32,000 nucleotides of DNA, from positions 30,001 to 62,000 of the forward strand of contig NZ_OMOH01000012.1 of assembly GCF_900289195.1 (NCBI RefSeq), given 5' to 3'. The position numbers were made by a program, and so were the translations under genes. This document shows positions 9,041-19,277 of the stretch, piece after piece. Under the pieces are notes generated by a model. The model was not told the origin of the DNA. It saw nothing but the letters and a program-made list of their open reading frames with translations, and did not search any database. Positions within the stretch are counted from its first letter, which is position 1. Each line of letters begins with the position of its first letter. The DNA comes from Propionibacterium ruminifibrarum. GTDB lineage: Bacteria; Actinomycetota; Actinomycetes; Propionibacteriales; Propionibacteriaceae.

Positions 9041-9645
9041 GCACGTCGCCACGGGCCCCGCTGATCGGCGTCCTGGCGCTCCAGGGCGGCGTGGACGAGC
9101 ACCTCGATGCCCTGGCGGCCAGTGGCGCCCGGACTCGCACCGTCCGCCTGCCGGTCGAACTGGACGGCCTGGACGCCATCGTGATCCCCGGTGGGGAGTC
9201 TTCCGTACTCGACCGTCTGATGCGCGCCTTCGGTCTCGACGGACCGCTTGGCGAGGTCATCGCCGACGGGCTGCCGGTGCTGGCCACCTGCGCCGGGATG
9301 GTCGCGTGCGCCCGCGAGCTGTACGACGCAGCGCCCGGACAGCAGTGTCTGGGCGTCCTCGACATCGGTGTGCACCGCAATGCCTTCGGTTCCCAACTCG
9401 ACTCCTTCGAGACGCGTCTTGACGTCGACGGTGTCGGCGCGGACATCGAGGCCGTTTTCATCCGGGCGCCCGCCGTGACCCGGGTCGGTGGTCGAGTTCG
9501 TGTCATCGCGACCGTGGGGGACCGGGTCGTCGGCGTGCGTCAGGGCGCGATCACCGCCCTGTCCTTCCACCCCGAGCTCACCAGTGACCGACGGGTGCAT
9601 CGCGCTCTCGTCGAGCAGGCCCGGGCCCGCCGGAACCGGCCCTGA
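9037..9645 (+). CDS. pdxT: Pyridoxal 5'-phosphate synthase glutaminase subunit PdxT
   Basis: IGVLALQGG..., IPGGESS, and a CAGM nucleophile-Cys context. The GTG start overlaps the pdxS stop (GTGA). Confidence 0.95.
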   Translation: MSTSPRAPLIGVLALQGGVDEHLDALAASGARTRTVRLPVELDGLDAIVIPGGESSVLDRLMRAFGLDGPLGEVIADGLPVLATCAGMVACARELYDAAPGQQCLGVLDIGVHRNAFGSQLDSFETRLDVDGVGADIEAVFIRAPAVTRVGGRVRVIATVGDRVVGVRQGAITALSFHPELTSDRRVHRALVEQARARRNRP

Positions 9646-9812
9646 CCGGGTGTTCGCGCCGTCCTTGTGCCCCAGGCCCCGGGATCATGCCCACCGCTTG
9701 GCCGTGGCGCCGCGCGAGGTGGCCGCAGGGATCACCCGAATTGAGGCAAGGCTTACCAAAATGAGTGGTAAAACCCCTAGCTGCTGTCGTGATTCGCTGT
9801 GGACGATGGGGT

Positions 9813-9840
9813 TTGACAGTGCCCCGATTTAGGAAACAAT
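9813..9840 (+). promoter_or_regulatory. Putative sufR/SUF operon promoter giving a leaderless transcript
   Basis: TTGACA (9813-9818), a 16-nt spacer, then AACAAT (9835-9840). The sufR ATG at 9847 lies 7 nt after the -10 and has no SD, consistent with a leaderless mRNA. The promoter is flanked or overlapped by ATGGGGTT repeats. Confidence 0.4.
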
Positions 9841-9846
9841 GGGGTT

Positions 9847-10551
9847 ATGAAATCGGTGACGGAATTCGAGGACGAGCCCGAACGGGGCGAGTACTCCACC
9901 CGTCACCAGGTGCTGCACGAACTCCTCGTCAACGGGTCCGCGACGACCGCTGAACTGGCCGACCGCCTTGGCGTCACCCCGACGGCCATCCGTCGTCACC
10001 TGGGCATCCTCGAGGCATCGGGTCAGGTCGTCGAGAAGGAGCGCTATGTCCGCGGCCGGCGCGGCAGGGGCCGCCCCGCCAAGGCGTACGCCCTCACCGA
10101 CCGTGGCCGCTCATCCTTCTTCCAGGACTACGACACTCTCGCCCTGCAGGCGCTCGGCGCTCTGGTCGAGGCGGCCGGCCCAGAGGCCATCGTCACGGTG
10201 GGGGAGCGTCGTTACGGCGAGGTCGAGGCCCGCTATCACCAGCTCCGCGCAGAGGCCCCGGACGCCGATCCGGTCGAGGCGCTGGCCATCGTCCTGCGTG
10301 AGGAGGGATACGCGGCTCACGTCAGCGAGGTGCCAGGCGGCCACCAGTTGTGCCAGTATCACTGTCCGGTCGCCCATGTCGCGGCCGAGTACCCGCAGCT
10401 GTGCGAGGCCGAGACGAGCATGTTCGCCAGGCTCTTCGACACCCCGGTGCAGCGGATCGCCACCATCGCCCACGGCGATGGCGTGTGCACCACCAACATC
10501 CCGTTGGGCACCCCCAACGGTCCCCACAAGCGAGAGGCAACACGCGCATGA
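9847..10551 (+). CDS. sufR: SUF-operon transcriptional regulator SufR (ArsR/DeoR-like wHTH with Fe-S binding Cys triad)
   Basis: The N-terminal wHTH reads [27 protein letters not shown]. The C-terminal C-x3-C-x12-C ([19 protein letters not shown]) has the same spacing as the cluster ligands of mycobacterial SufR. It is the first gene of the SUF operon, and its stop overlaps the sufB ATG. Confidence 0.85.
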   Translation: MKSVTEFEDEPERGEYSTRHQVLHELLVNGSATTAELADRLGVTPTAIRRHLGILEASGQVVEKERYVRGRRGRGRPAKAYALTDRGRSSFFQDYDTLALQALGALVEAAGPEAIVTVGERRYGEVEARYHQLRAEAPDADPVEALAIVLREEGYAAHVSEVPGGHQLCQYHCPVAHVAAEYPQLCEAETSMFARLFDTPVQRIATIAHGDGVCTTNIPLGTPNGPHKREATRA

Positions 10552-11990
10552 CGCAGGTTGATACGAGGCTCGAGAGCAGACTCGCCGAGCGCGACGAGCT
10601 GGTCGAGGACCTGACCACCTACAAGTACGGCTGGCACGACGCAGACGACTACTCGGCCGCCTTCCAGCGGGGCCTCTCCGAGGATGTCGTGCGCAGCATC
10701 TCCGGGCTCAAGAACGAGCCGGCGTGGATGCTGGAGCGGCGGCTGAAGGGCTTGGAGCAGTTCGAACGCAAGCCCCTGCCCACCTGGGGCTGCGACCTGT
10801 CGAAACTGCGTTTCGACGACATCAAGTACTTCGTCCGTGCCCAGGACAAGCCGGCCAGTGACTGGAATGACCTGCCCGAGGACATCAAGAACACCTACGA
10901 CAGGCTGGGCATCCCCGAGGCCGAGAAGGCGCGTCTGGTCGACGGTGTCGCCGCCCAGTACGAGTCGGAGGTGGTCTACCACAAGATCAACGAGGAACTC
11001 GGCCGCCAGGGCGTCATCTTCACCGACACCGACACCGGGCTGAAGGAGTACCCCGAACTCTTCAAGGAGTACTTCGGCACGGTCATCCCCGCCGGCGACA
11101 ACAAGTTCGCGGCGCTGAACACGGCGGTGTGGAGCGGGGGCACGTTCATCTACGTGCCCAAGGGGGTGCACTGCACCATCCCGTTGCAGGCCTACTTCCG
11201 GATGAACACGGAGAACCTCGGTCAGTTCGAGCGGACCCTCATCATCGTCGACGACGACGCCTATGTGCACTACGTCGAGGGCTGCACCGCCCCCATCTAC
11301 AAGACGGACTCGCTGCACGCCGCCATCGTCGAGATCATCGTCGGCAAGAACGCGCGCTGCCGCTACACGACCATCCAGAACTGGTCGAACAACGTCTACA
11401 ACCTGGTGACCCAGCGGGCCACCGTCGCCGAGGGCGGCACCATGGAGTGGATCGACGGCAACATCGGGTCCAAGGCGAACATGAAGTACCCCGCCTGCCT
11501 GCTCATGGGGCCCCACGCCAAGGGCGAGGCGCTGTCGATCGCCTTCGCCGGCGAGGGCCAGCACCAGGACACCGGCGCCAAGATGGTGCACACCGCGCCC
11601 CACACGTCGAGCACGATCGTCTCGAAGTCGATCAGCCGCAACGGCGGACGCACCGGCTACCGGGGCCTGGTCGCGGTGGCCGAGGGGTCCCACCATGCGA
11701 TGTCCTCGGTCAAGTGCGATGCCCTGCTCGTCGACAACGTCTCACGCTCCGACACCTACCCCTACGTGGACGTGCGGACCGACGACGTGCAGATGGAGCA
11801 CGAGGCCACCATCTCCAAGATCTCCGAGGACCAGCTGTTCTACCTGATGCAGCGCGGTCTCAACGAGGACGAGGCGCGTGCCATGATTGTGCGCGGCTTC
11901 GTCGAGCCCATCGCTCGCGAGCTGCCCATGGAGTACGCACTCGAACTCAACCGCCTCATCGAGCTTCAGATGGAAGGCGCGGTGGGCTGA
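10548..11990 (+). CDS. sufB: Fe-S cluster assembly scaffold SufB
   Basis: 480 aa from ATG 10548 (ATGA overlap with sufR). [17 protein letters not shown] and the C-terminal [18 protein letters not shown] are conserved SufB segments. No intein is present. Confidence 0.95.
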   Translation: MTQVDTRLESRLAERDELVEDLTTYKYGWHDADDYSAAFQRGLSEDVVRSISGLKNEPAWMLERRLKGLEQFERKPLPTWGCDLSKLRFDDIKYFVRAQDKPASDWNDLPEDIKNTYDRLGIPEAEKARLVDGVAAQYESEVVYHKINEELGRQGVIFTDTDTGLKEYPELFKEYFGTVIPAGDNKFAALNTAVWSGGTFIYVPKGVHCTIPLQAYFRMNTENLGQFERTLIIVDDDAYVHYVEGCTAPIYKTDSLHAAIVEIIVGKNARCRYTTIQNWSNNVYNLVTQRATVAEGGTMEWIDGNIGSKANMKYPACLLMGPHAKGEALSIAFAGEGQHQDTGAKMVHTAPHTSSTIVSKSISRNGGRTGYRGLVAVAEGSHHAMSSVKCDALLVDNVSRSDTYPYVDVRTDDVQMEHEATISKISEDQLFYLMQRGLNEDEARAMIVRGFVEPIARELPMEYALELNRLIELQMEGAVG

Positions 11991-13210
11991 TGTCGCAGAG
12001 GAATGGAGCTGTTGCCGTGGCCGAACCGATGAGCCCTGGCGCCGAGGCGGTGGGCAACGCCATCGAGACCGTTGCCTCGCATCTGCACCCGAGGGTCTCG
12101 TGGAACCTCGATGACCATCCCGTACCCACCGGCCGCGAGGAGGTCTGGCGGTTCACCCCGGTCGACGCGGTGAAGGGGCTCCTCACCAGTGGTCCCACCG
12201 GCATCGAACTCGACTGCGAGCTCAGGCTGCCCGCCGGCGTGACCGCCGGGTTCATCGAGGGCGACGCCGTGCGCGCGGCAGCCGTCGAGCCCCCGGCCGA
12301 CCGCACCTCGGCCGTCGCCGCCGCCAACACGGACCGGGCGCGCCTCGTGCAGGTGCCCGCCGGTCTCGAACTGGACGAGCCCATCGAGCTCAACTTCACC
12401 GGCACCGGCGTCGACGGCTTCGCCTACGGGCAGACGATCATCGAGGTCGGCGCCCATGCCACGGCCCAGATCCTGCTGCGCTACGAGGGTTCGGCCCAGG
12501 TCGCGGACAAGATCGACGTGCGGGTCGGTGAGGGGGCCCGCCTCGACCTGGTGACCCTGCAGGACTGGGCGCCGGACGCCGTGCACGTCGGACAGTCCTC
12601 CCTGCTCGTCGGGCATGACGCCACGGTCCGCACCGTGCAGGCCTCGCTCGGCGGGGCGGTCACCAGGATGCTCGAGCGCGCCAGCTACGAGTCCTCGGGC
12701 GGTGAGCTCGAGCAGTTCGGCCTCTACTTCGTCGATTCGGGCCGCCACGTCGAGCACCGTCTGTTCGTCGACCACAACCAGCCGCTGAGCCGCTCGAACA
12801 TCGACTACCGCGGGGCCCTGCAGGACAAGGGCTCACTCGGCGTGTGGGTGGGTGACGTGCTCATCCGCAAGGAGGCCGAGGGCATCAGCACGTACGAGGC
12901 CAACAAGAACCTGCTGCTCACCGAGGGCGCCCGGGCCGAGTCGATTCCGAACCTCGAGATCGCCACCGGTGACATCGAGGGCGCGGGCCACTCGTCCACC
13001 ACCGGTCGATTCGACGACGAGCAGCTGTTCTACCTGCGCAGCCGGGGCATACCCGAGGACGAGGCCCGGCGCCTGGTCGTCCAGGGCTTCTTCGTGGAGA
13101 TCGTCCGCCGGATCGGCATCCCCGAGGTCGCCGAGCGACTCATCGCCGTCGTCGAGCGCCAGCTGGACGCCATCGCCCCGGACTGGGGCGCCCAGGAGCC
13201 GGCCTCGTGA
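11990..13210 (+). CDS. sufD: Fe-S cluster assembly protein SufD
   Basis: 406 aa from ATG 11990 (TGATG junction with sufB). It has the SufB/D beta-helix C-terminus: FDDEQLFYLRSRGIPEDEARRLVVQGFF. Confidence 0.9.
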   Translation: MSQRNGAVAVAEPMSPGAEAVGNAIETVASHLHPRVSWNLDDHPVPTGREEVWRFTPVDAVKGLLTSGPTGIELDCELRLPAGVTAGFIEGDAVRAAAVEPPADRTSAVAAANTDRARLVQVPAGLELDEPIELNFTGTGVDGFAYGQTIIEVGAHATAQILLRYEGSAQVADKIDVRVGEGARLDLVTLQDWAPDAVHVGQSSLLVGHDATVRTVQASLGGAVTRMLERASYESSGGELEQFGLYFVDSGRHVEHRLFVDHNQPLSRSNIDYRGALQDKGSLGVWVGDVLIRKEAEGISTYEANKNLLLTEGARAESIPNLEIATGDIEGAGHSSTTGRFDDEQLFYLRSRGIPEDEARRLVVQGFFVEIVRRIGIPEVAERLIAVVERQLDAIAPDWGAQEPAS

Positions 13211-13319
13211 ACCCGACACGTCTCATACCGCACATTCCCACACCCATGTACCCAGTTCGCGCCGAGGACGCCCCGGTTCTCGTCGGCATCGAACGCCCCG
13301 TGAAGGAGAACTGAAGAAG

Positions 13320-14069
13320 ATGGCTGAACTCGTCATCAAGGATCTGCATGTCGATGTCGACACCGAGAATGGCCCCAAGGAGATCCTCAAGGGTGTCGAC
13401 CTGACCGTCAGGGACGGTGAGGTGCACGCCATCATGGGCCCCAACGGCTCCGGCAAGTCGACCCTGGCCTACGCCATCGCCGGCCACCCGAAGTACACCA
13501 TCACCCAGGGGTCGGTGACGCTCGACGGCGTCGAGCTGTCCGATCTGCCCGTCGACGAGCGCGCCCGCGCCGGCCTGTTCCTCGGCATGCAGTACCCGGT
13601 CGAGGTTCCCGGCGTCTCGATGGCCAATTTCCTGCGCACCGCCAAGACGGCTCTTTCCGGTGAGGCCCCCAAGGTCAGGACCTGGCCCAAACAGGTCAAC
13701 GAGGCCCTGACCGTCATGGACCTGACCAGCGACTTCTCCGAACGCTCCGTCAACGAGGGTTTCTCCGGCGGCGAGAAGAAGCGCGGCGAGATCGCCCAGC
13801 TCGAACTGCTCGATCCGCGGGCCGCCATTCTCGACGAGATCGACTCCGGTCTCGACATCGACGCCCTGCGGGTCGTCTCGGCCGGCATCGAACGGTTCGC
13901 CAAGAAACCCGACAAGCTGGTGCTGCTCATCACGCACTACACGCGCATCCTGCGCTACGTGCACCCCGACCGCGTCCACGTCTTCGTGGACGGTCGGGTC
14001 AAGGTCTCCGGCGGCCCCGAGCTCGCCGACAACCTCGAGGAGCGGGGCTACGAGCAGTATGCGAAGTGA
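13320..14069 (+). CDS. sufC: Fe-S cluster assembly ATPase SufC
   Basis: MAELVIKDLHV..., Walker A GPNGSGKST, signature FSGGEKKR, Walker B ILDEIDSGLD, H-loop ITHY. GAAGGAGAA RBS lies upstream. Confidence 0.95.
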   Translation: MAELVIKDLHVDVDTENGPKEILKGVDLTVRDGEVHAIMGPNGSGKSTLAYAIAGHPKYTITQGSVTLDGVELSDLPVDERARAGLFLGMQYPVEVPGVSMANFLRTAKTALSGEAPKVRTWPKQVNEALTVMDLTSDFSERSVNEGFSGGEKKRGEIAQLELLDPRAAILDEIDSGLDIDALRVVSAGIERFAKKPDKLVLLITHYTRILRYVHPDRVHVFVDGRVKVSGGPELADNLEERGYEQYAK

Positions 14070-15312
14070 CGTCGACGTCGAGGCGATCCGCCGCGACTTC
14101 CCGATCCTGGGACGGCAGGTGGGGCCCTACCCCCTCACCTACCTGGACAGTGCGAACACCTCCCAGAAGCCCCTCAGCGTCATCGAGGCGCTGACCAGCC
14201 ACTACCGTGAGCACAACGCCAATGTCGCCCGCGCCATGCACGTGCTCGGCGCCGAGTCGACGGCGGGTTATGAGGGTGCTCGCGCGAAGGTCGCCGGCTT
14301 CATCGGGGCGAAGGACCCCGCGGAGGTCGTCTTCACCAAGAACGCCTCGGAAGCTCTCAACCTGGTGGCGAACACTCTCGGGAACCGGCTGGGGCCCGGT
14401 GACGAGGTCGTCATCTCGGTGATGGAGCACCACTCGAACCTCATCCCGTGGCAGATGGTGTGCGAACGCACCGGGGCCACGTTGCGCTGGTTCGACATCA
14501 CCGACGAGGGCCGTCTCGACCTCGAGGCGGCCGAACGGGACGGGCTCATCAACGAGCGCACCAGGATCGTCTCGCTGGCCTGGGTCTCCAACGTGCTGGG
14601 CACCGTCAACCCCATCGCGCGCATCGCCGAGCAGGCCCACGCCGTCGGCGCGGTCATGGTGGCCGACGGCTCCCAGGGGGTGCCCCAGCTGCCCACGGAC
14701 GTGTCCGAACTCGGCGTCGACCTGCTGGCCTTCACCGGCCACAAGATGCTGGGACCGACCGGCGTGGGGGTGCTGTGGGGCAGGCGCGCCCTGCTCGACG
14801 AGTTGCCGCCCTTCCTGGGCGGCGGCGAGATGATCGGCGTCGTCACCATGGAGGGCGCCACCTGGGCCGACGTGCCGCACAAGTTCGAGGCCGGCACCCC
14901 ACCGATCGCCCAGGCCGTCGGTCTCGGCGCCGCCGTGGACTACCTCGCGAACGTCGGCATGGAACAGGTCGCCGCCCACGAGCACGAGATCACCGAGTAC
15001 GCGCTGGCCCGGCTCGGCGAGATCCCCGCCGTGCACGTCATGGGGCCGACCACGGCCGTCGAGCGTGGGGGAGCGATCAGCTTCACCGTCGACGACGTGC
15101 ACCCGCACGACCTCATGCAACTGCTCGACTCACGGGGCGTCGCGGTGCGCGGCGGACACCACTGCGCCGAACCACTGCACCGGCGCCTCGGTGTGCAGAG
15201 TTCGGCTCGGGCATCCGGGTATCTTTACACGACGAAGGCCGAGATCGACGCCCTCTGCGAGGCCGTCGTCTGGGCCCACGATTTCTTCACCGGGAAGCTG
15301 AGAGGCCGCTGA
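14059..15312 (+). CDS. sufS: Cysteine desulfurase SufS (class II)
   Basis: 417 aa with YLDSANTSQKP, TGHKMLGPTGVG (PLP-Lys motif) and RGGHHCAEP (catalytic Cys loop). Confidence 0.95.
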   Translation: MRSDVDVEAIRRDFPILGRQVGPYPLTYLDSANTSQKPLSVIEALTSHYREHNANVARAMHVLGAESTAGYEGARAKVAGFIGAKDPAEVVFTKNASEALNLVANTLGNRLGPGDEVVISVMEHHSNLIPWQMVCERTGATLRWFDITDEGRLDLEAAERDGLINERTRIVSLAWVSNVLGTVNPIARIAEQAHAVGAVMVADGSQGVPQLPTDVSELGVDLLAFTGHKMLGPTGVGVLWGRRALLDELPPFLGGGEMIGVVTMEGATWADVPHKFEAGTPPIAQAVGLGAAVDYLANVGMEQVAAHEHEITEYALARLGEIPAVHVMGPTTAVERGGAISFTVDDVHPHDLMQLLDSRGVAVRGGHHCAEPLHRRLGVQSSARASGYLYTTKAEIDALCEAVVWAHDFFTGKLRGR

Positions 15313-15773
15313 TGAACGTCGAGGAGATGTACCAGGACATCATTCTGGACCACTACCGCGAGAAGCACCACAGCGGGCTGCGCACCCCCTTCGGCGCCGA
15401 GGTGCACCACGTGAATCCGAGCTGCGGCGACGAACTGACGCTGCGCGTGGCGATCGACGGTGACCGGATCGGGGATGTGAGCTACGCCGGTGAGGGGTGC
15501 TCCATCTCCCAGGCCTCCAGTTCGGTCATGACCGATCTGGTCATCGGTCACACCGTCGAGGAAGCAATGGACGTCTTCTCGGTGTTCAAGCAGATGATGG
15601 AGAGCCAGGGCCGGATCGAGCCCGACGAGGACGTCCTGGAGGACGCGATCGCGTTCGCCGGCGTCTCACAGTTCCCGGCACGCGTCAAGTGCGCCATGCT
15701 GAGCTGGATGGCTCTGCGCGATGCGCTCGCCCGTGCCGGCGCGAACATCAGCGACGAGAAGGAGACAGAATGA
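15312..15773 (+). CDS. sufU: SUF sulfur-transfer / scaffold protein SufU (IscU/NifU-like)
   Basis: 153 aa from ATG 15312 (TGATG with sufS). NPSCGDELTL, GEGCSISQAS and ARVKCAML are the three conserved Cys motifs of SufU. Confidence 0.9.
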   Translation: MNVEEMYQDIILDHYREKHHSGLRTPFGAEVHHVNPSCGDELTLRVAIDGDRIGDVSYAGEGCSISQASSSVMTDLVIGHTVEEAMDVFSVFKQMMESQGRIEPDEDVLEDAIAFAGVSQFPARVKCAMLSWMALRDALARAGANISDEKETE

Positions 15774-16180
15774 CTGAGCAGCAGTCACTCAACGGCGGTA
15801 TGACGCCCGGGCAGCGCCCGTCCGACTTGGTGCGCGACAGGCTGCCCGACGCCCCGACCGGCGTCACCGAGCCCCCGACCCAGGATCAGGTCCTCGAGGC
15901 CCTCAAGGAGGTCATCGACCCCGAGCTCATGGTCAACGTCGTTGATCTGGGACTCGTGTACGGCGTCGAGATCGACGAAGAGGCCAATGTCGTCGTCGAC
16001 ATGACATTGACGAGCCCGGCCTGCCCGCTCACGGACCAGCTCGAATGGGGTGCCCAGTCGGCTCTCGACGGGCTCGTGAACTCGGTGACGATCAACTGGG
16101 TCTGGCTGCCGCCGTGGACCCTGGACCGCATCACCGACGACGGACGGGAGCAGTTGCGGTACATCGGCTTCAACGTCTGA
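15770..16180 (+). CDS. sufT: DUF59/SufT-like Fe-S assembly protein
   Basis: 136 aa from ATG 15770 (ATGA with sufU). VLEALKEVIDPEL..NVVDLGLVY...MTLTSPACPL is the DUF59 (MIP18/PaaD-like) signature. It occupies the last position of the SUF operon, as in Mycobacterium. Confidence 0.85.
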   Translation: MTEQQSLNGGMTPGQRPSDLVRDRLPDAPTGVTEPPTQDQVLEALKEVIDPELMVNVVDLGLVYGVEIDEEANVVVDMTLTSPACPLTDQLEWGAQSALDGLVNSVTINWVWLPPWTLDRITDDGREQLRYIGFNV

Positions 16181-16190
16181 ATCGGCACAG

Positions 16191-16242
16191 GGCACGTGAT
16201 GGGGGTTGCCGTGCACCGGGCACGCAGCCCCCATCACGTGCC
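16191..16242. terminator. Bidirectional terminator hairpin between the SUF operon and the convergent small gene
   Basis: GGCACGTGATGGGGG (16191-16205) pairs perfectly with CCCCCATCACGTGCC (16228-16242), a 15-bp stem. The 22-nt loop contains a nested CGTGC/GCACG stem. Confidence 0.7.
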
Positions 16243-16268
16243 TGCCCCGACCCGGGCGGGTTCGGGGG

Positions 16269-16481
16269 TCACTCGTTGTGAATCCGTTCGGGGCCGAAGG
16301 AACCGGCCCAGCCCATCAGGACGGCTGAGACGAACCAGCAGACGTTCTCGATGACGCCCAGCCAGGTGCCGACGAAGACCTGGATGAGCGCGTTGATCGC
16401 CATGACGACCACGACGATGAGAACGAAACGCGCCACGAGGGCACGCCGGCTTGGGCGCGATGCACGTGAGGCATCTGACAT
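16269..16481 (-). CDS. Small hypothetical membrane protein (about 70 aa, two predicted TM helices)
   Basis: ORF 16269..16532. ATG 16481 (MSDASRAS...) is preferred. A basic N-terminus is followed by hydrophobic stretches FVLIVVVVMAINALIQVFVG and VCWFVSAVLMGWAG. No family was recognised. Confidence 0.5.
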   Translation of the reverse strand: MSDASRASRPSRRALVARFVLIVVVVMAINALIQVFVGTWLGVIENVCWFVSAVLMGWAGSFGPERIHNE

Positions 16482-16689
16482 CTGGTTCGCTTTCGTCGTC
16501 CTGTGCTGCCTATGGGGGTGGCGGGGGTACATGGCGCCTGCTCCCGGGTACCTCGCACGATCGGGGGGCGTTTGCGACGATGACGCGACACGCAGGTGTC
16601 TTCATTGTGCGACGGAACGTCCCCTGTGACCAAATCGAAAGAACCTTTTTCAACCATTTTGTTGTCCCCATGACGCGGACGGGCGACTT

Positions 16690-16718
16690 TTGTGCGGGGC
16701 CGGCGCGTGCGGGAGAAT
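16690..16718 (+). promoter_or_regulatory. Possible promoter of the ABC-F gene
   Basis: TTGTGC (16690-16695), a 17-nt spacer, then GAGAAT (16713-16718), about 35 nt upstream of the GTG 16755 start. This is a pattern match only. Confidence 0.3.
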
Positions 16719-16754
16719 GGACGACGGTCCATCGTCGAGGAGTGCAGGAGCACA

Positions 16755-18353
16755 GTGTTACAAGCCAATGACCTGGAGGTACGTGTCGGCGCCCGCCTGC
16801 TGCTGGCTCCCGTGAGCTTCCAGGTGGCCGACGGTGACAAGATCGGGGTCGTCGGCCGCAACGGTGCCGGCAAGACGACGACGATGCGGATCCTGGCCGG
16901 TGAGAGTCTTCCATCGGGGGGCGTGGTCAGGCGCTCGGGCCGGATCGGATACCTGCCGCAGGACCCCCGGGAATCGGACCTTTCGATCACGGCTCGGTCG
17001 CGCATCATCTCGGCCCGCAACATCGAGTCCCTGATGACCAGGATGAGCCGGGCCACCGATGACATCTCCCGCACCAGCGGAGCTGAACGCGAGAAGGCGC
17101 TCGCCGCCTACGACCGAGCCGAGGCCGCCTTCGTCGCTGCCGGCGGCTACGGCGCCGAGGCCGAGGCCGCGCGCATCGCGTCCAACCTGGGTCTGCCCGA
17201 CCGGGTCCTCGCCCAGCCGCTGCACGAACTGTCGGGCGGCCAGCGACGCCGCGTGGAGCTTGCCCGCATCCTGTTCAGCAATGCCGACACCCTGCTGCTC
17301 GACGAGCCGACGAACCACCTCGACACCGACTCGATCACCTGGCTCCGTGATTTCCTGGCGTCCTACGCCGGCGGTGTCATGATGATCAGCCACTCCACCG
17401 AGTTGCTGGACGAGACGGTCACCAAGGTCTTCCACCTCGATGCGAACCGGGCCACGCTCGATGTCTACTCGATGGGGTGGAAGCTCTACCTGGCCCAGCG
17501 CCAGGCCGATGAGAAGCGCCGCCGCCGGGAGAGGCTGAACGCCGAACGCAAGGCCGCTCAACTGCTGGCCCAGTCCGAGCGGCTGCACGCCAAGGCGACC
17601 AAGGCGACCGCCGCTCAGAACATGGCCCGCCGCGCCGAGAGACTGCTGGCCGGCACCGAGACCGAACGGACCCAGGACCGGGTTGCGGCGATCTCCTTCC
17701 CCGATCCGGCTCCCTGCGGCAGGACACCGCTCATGGCCGAGGGACTGTCGAAGGCCTACGGCTCGCTGGAGGTCTTCACCGACGTCGACCTCGCCATCGA
17801 CAAGGGCTCCCGGGTCGTGGTGCTGGGGCTGAACGGTGCCGGCAAGACGACCCTGCTGCGCCTGCTGTACGGCGCCGAGAAGCCCGACACCGGCGAGGTG
17901 CTGCCCGGTCACGGCCTCAAGCTCGGCTACTTCGCCCAGGAGCACGACATGCTCGACATGGACGCCACCGTGCTCGAGAACATGCAGGCCGCCGCACCCC
18001 AGCTGAACGAGACCGATGCCCGTGCGGTACTCGGCGCTTTCCTCTTCACCGGGGATGACGACCACAAACCGGCGCGAGTGCTGTCGGGCGGCGAGAAGAC
18101 CCGGCTGGCGTTGGCCACGCTCGTCGTCAGCGCGGCCAATGTGCTGCTGCTCGACGAGCCGACGAACAACCTCGACCCGGCGAGCCGCGAGCAGGTGCTG
18201 GGCGCGATCCGCGCCTACAAGGGCGCGATGGTGCTCGTCACTCACGACGAGGGCGCCGTCCAGGCCCTCAGCCCGGACCGTGTCCTGCTGCTGCCCGACG
18301 GGGACGAGGACCTGTGGAACGAGGACTACGCCGAGCTCGTCGCGCTGGCCTGA
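16755..18353 (+). CDS. ABC-F family ATPase (two ABC domains, no TMD; translation-factor type)
   Basis: Two Walker A sites (GRNGAGKTT, GLNGAGKTT), two signatures (LSGGQRRR, LSGGEKTR), and a charged inter-domain linker (LAQRQADEKRRRRERLNAERKAAQ). GTG 16755 (VLQANDLEVRVG) with CAGGAG upstream is preferred over track start 16692. Confidence 0.9.
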   Translation: MLQANDLEVRVGARLLLAPVSFQVADGDKIGVVGRNGAGKTTTMRILAGESLPSGGVVRRSGRIGYLPQDPRESDLSITARSRIISARNIESLMTRMSRATDDISRTSGAEREKALAAYDRAEAAFVAAGGYGAEAEAARIASNLGLPDRVLAQPLHELSGGQRRRVELARILFSNADTLLLDEPTNHLDTDSITWLRDFLASYAGGVMMISHSTELLDETVTKVFHLDANRATLDVYSMGWKLYLAQRQADEKRRRRERLNAERKAAQLLAQSERLHAKATKATAAQNMARRAERLLAGTETERTQDRVAAISFPDPAPCGRTPLMAEGLSKAYGSLEVFTDVDLAIDKGSRVVVLGLNGAGKTTLLRLLYGAEKPDTGEVLPGHGLKLGYFAQEHDMLDMDATVLENMQAAAPQLNETDARAVLGAFLFTGDDDHKPARVLSGGEKTRLALATLVVSAANVLLLDEPTNNLDPASREQVLGAIRAYKGAMVLVTHDEGAVQALSPDRVLLLPDGDEDLWNEDYAELVALA

Positions 18354-18410
18354 GGCGCCGTGAGGCGGCCGGCGGCCGCCGGACGGGCGCGATGAGCGGC
18401 CCGGACGGGG

Positions 18411-19091
18411 TCAGGGCCACCCGAGCGTGCGGACCACCTCGTCGAAGGTGTTGTCGGTGCGTTCGCTGCGGTTCAGGTGGAGTTCGGCCTGGGCCTGATC
18501 CATCTCGATGGCCATGGCGGCGGGGTCATCGGCGGCGGCCGCCGGCAGGGGATTCCTCGTCGTGGCGTTGAGGCGGACGAAGGCGGCGAGCTCATCGGCC
18601 GCCCGATCGATGTGGGCGCGCACGTTCTCCATGTCCCCGCCCAGCTCGCTGGTCGTCAGGTAGACGCCGGTCGGTGTGGTCATGGTGCGCAGATAGCTGA
18701 ACAGCGGACGCATGGCGTGCTCGATGACGAGCGAATGACGTTCGGAGCTCCCGGTGGCGCCGAGCAGCACCGGCTTGTGGACCAGGTCGGTCGGCGGCAG
18801 CAGGTCGATGAAGGACTTGAACAGGCCCGAGTACGAACCCTGGAAGGTGGGGGAGACGGCGATGAGGGCGTCGGCGTCCTTCACCGAGGCGATCACCTCT
18901 GCCAGATTCGGATGGGTGAAACCGCCCAGGAGCGCGTCGGTGATGGCCTGCGCGTAGTCGCGCACCTCGATGCTGGTCACGGTGAGCGGCCCGGGAAGCC
19001 GCACGCACACCGCCTCGGTCAACTCGTCAGCCAGCATTCGCGTCGTCGACGGTGCGCGCATGCCGGCACTGACCACGGTCAGGGTCGTCAT
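18411..19091 (-). CDS. NAD(P)H-dependent FMN reductase-family protein
   Basis: 226 aa from ATG 19091, with GGAG RBS. MTTLTVVSAGMRAPSTTR...ADALIAVSPTFQGSYSGLFKSFIDLL matches the flavodoxin-like FMN_red fold pattern. The track extension to 19187 is unsupported. Confidence 0.85.
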   Translation of the reverse strand: MTTLTVVSAGMRAPSTTRMLADELTEAVCVRLPGPLTVTSIEVRDYAQAITDALLGGFTHPNLAEVIASVKDADALIAVSPTFQGSYSGLFKSFIDLLPPTDLVHKPVLLGATGSSERHSLVIEHAMRPLFSYLRTMTTPTGVYLTTSELGGDMENVRAHIDRAADELAAFVRLNATTRNPLPAAAADDPAAMAIEMDQAQAELHLNRSERTDNTFDEVVRTLGWP

Positions 19092-19277
19092 GGTGATCTC
19101 CGTTCTCACCCCGGATCGTAAGGCCTCCAGACGGCCGACGACCACGCCGAAATGGATATGTGCCGGACGAGGACATGATCGTGACACCCGACTTCCGGCG
19201 TCACCCCTAGCCGGAGGGCGCCATCACGGTGTTAAGCCGCTCGCGAGTTTCCCGGGCGGGGCCGAGGCGGCCCCGGC

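Noticed and set aside
13211-13319. 109-bp gap between sufD and sufC. I checked it for a small extra SUF gene, since some actinobacterial SUF operons have a Rieske-type ferredoxin here, and for a regulatory element.
   Set aside because: It has no ORF with a start and RBS and no convincing hairpin or repeat. It is treated as a plain intercistronic spacer carrying the sufC RBS.
16758-18245. 495-aa minus-strand ORF opposite the ABC-F gene. Similar antisense ORFs occur at 314..1144, 7970..9052, 10359..11696, 13140..13979 and 13999..15120.
   Set aside because: All are antisense to genes with unambiguous motifs (PGK, PdxS, SufB, SufC, SufS, ABC-F). Their composition is typical of GC-rich shadow frames.
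18354-18410. GGCGGCC-GGC-GGCCGCC mini-palindrome between the convergent ABC-F and FMN-reductase genes, considered as a possible terminator.
   Set aside because: It has only a 7-bp stem with a 3-nt loop, in a generic GC-rich context. That is too weak to call.
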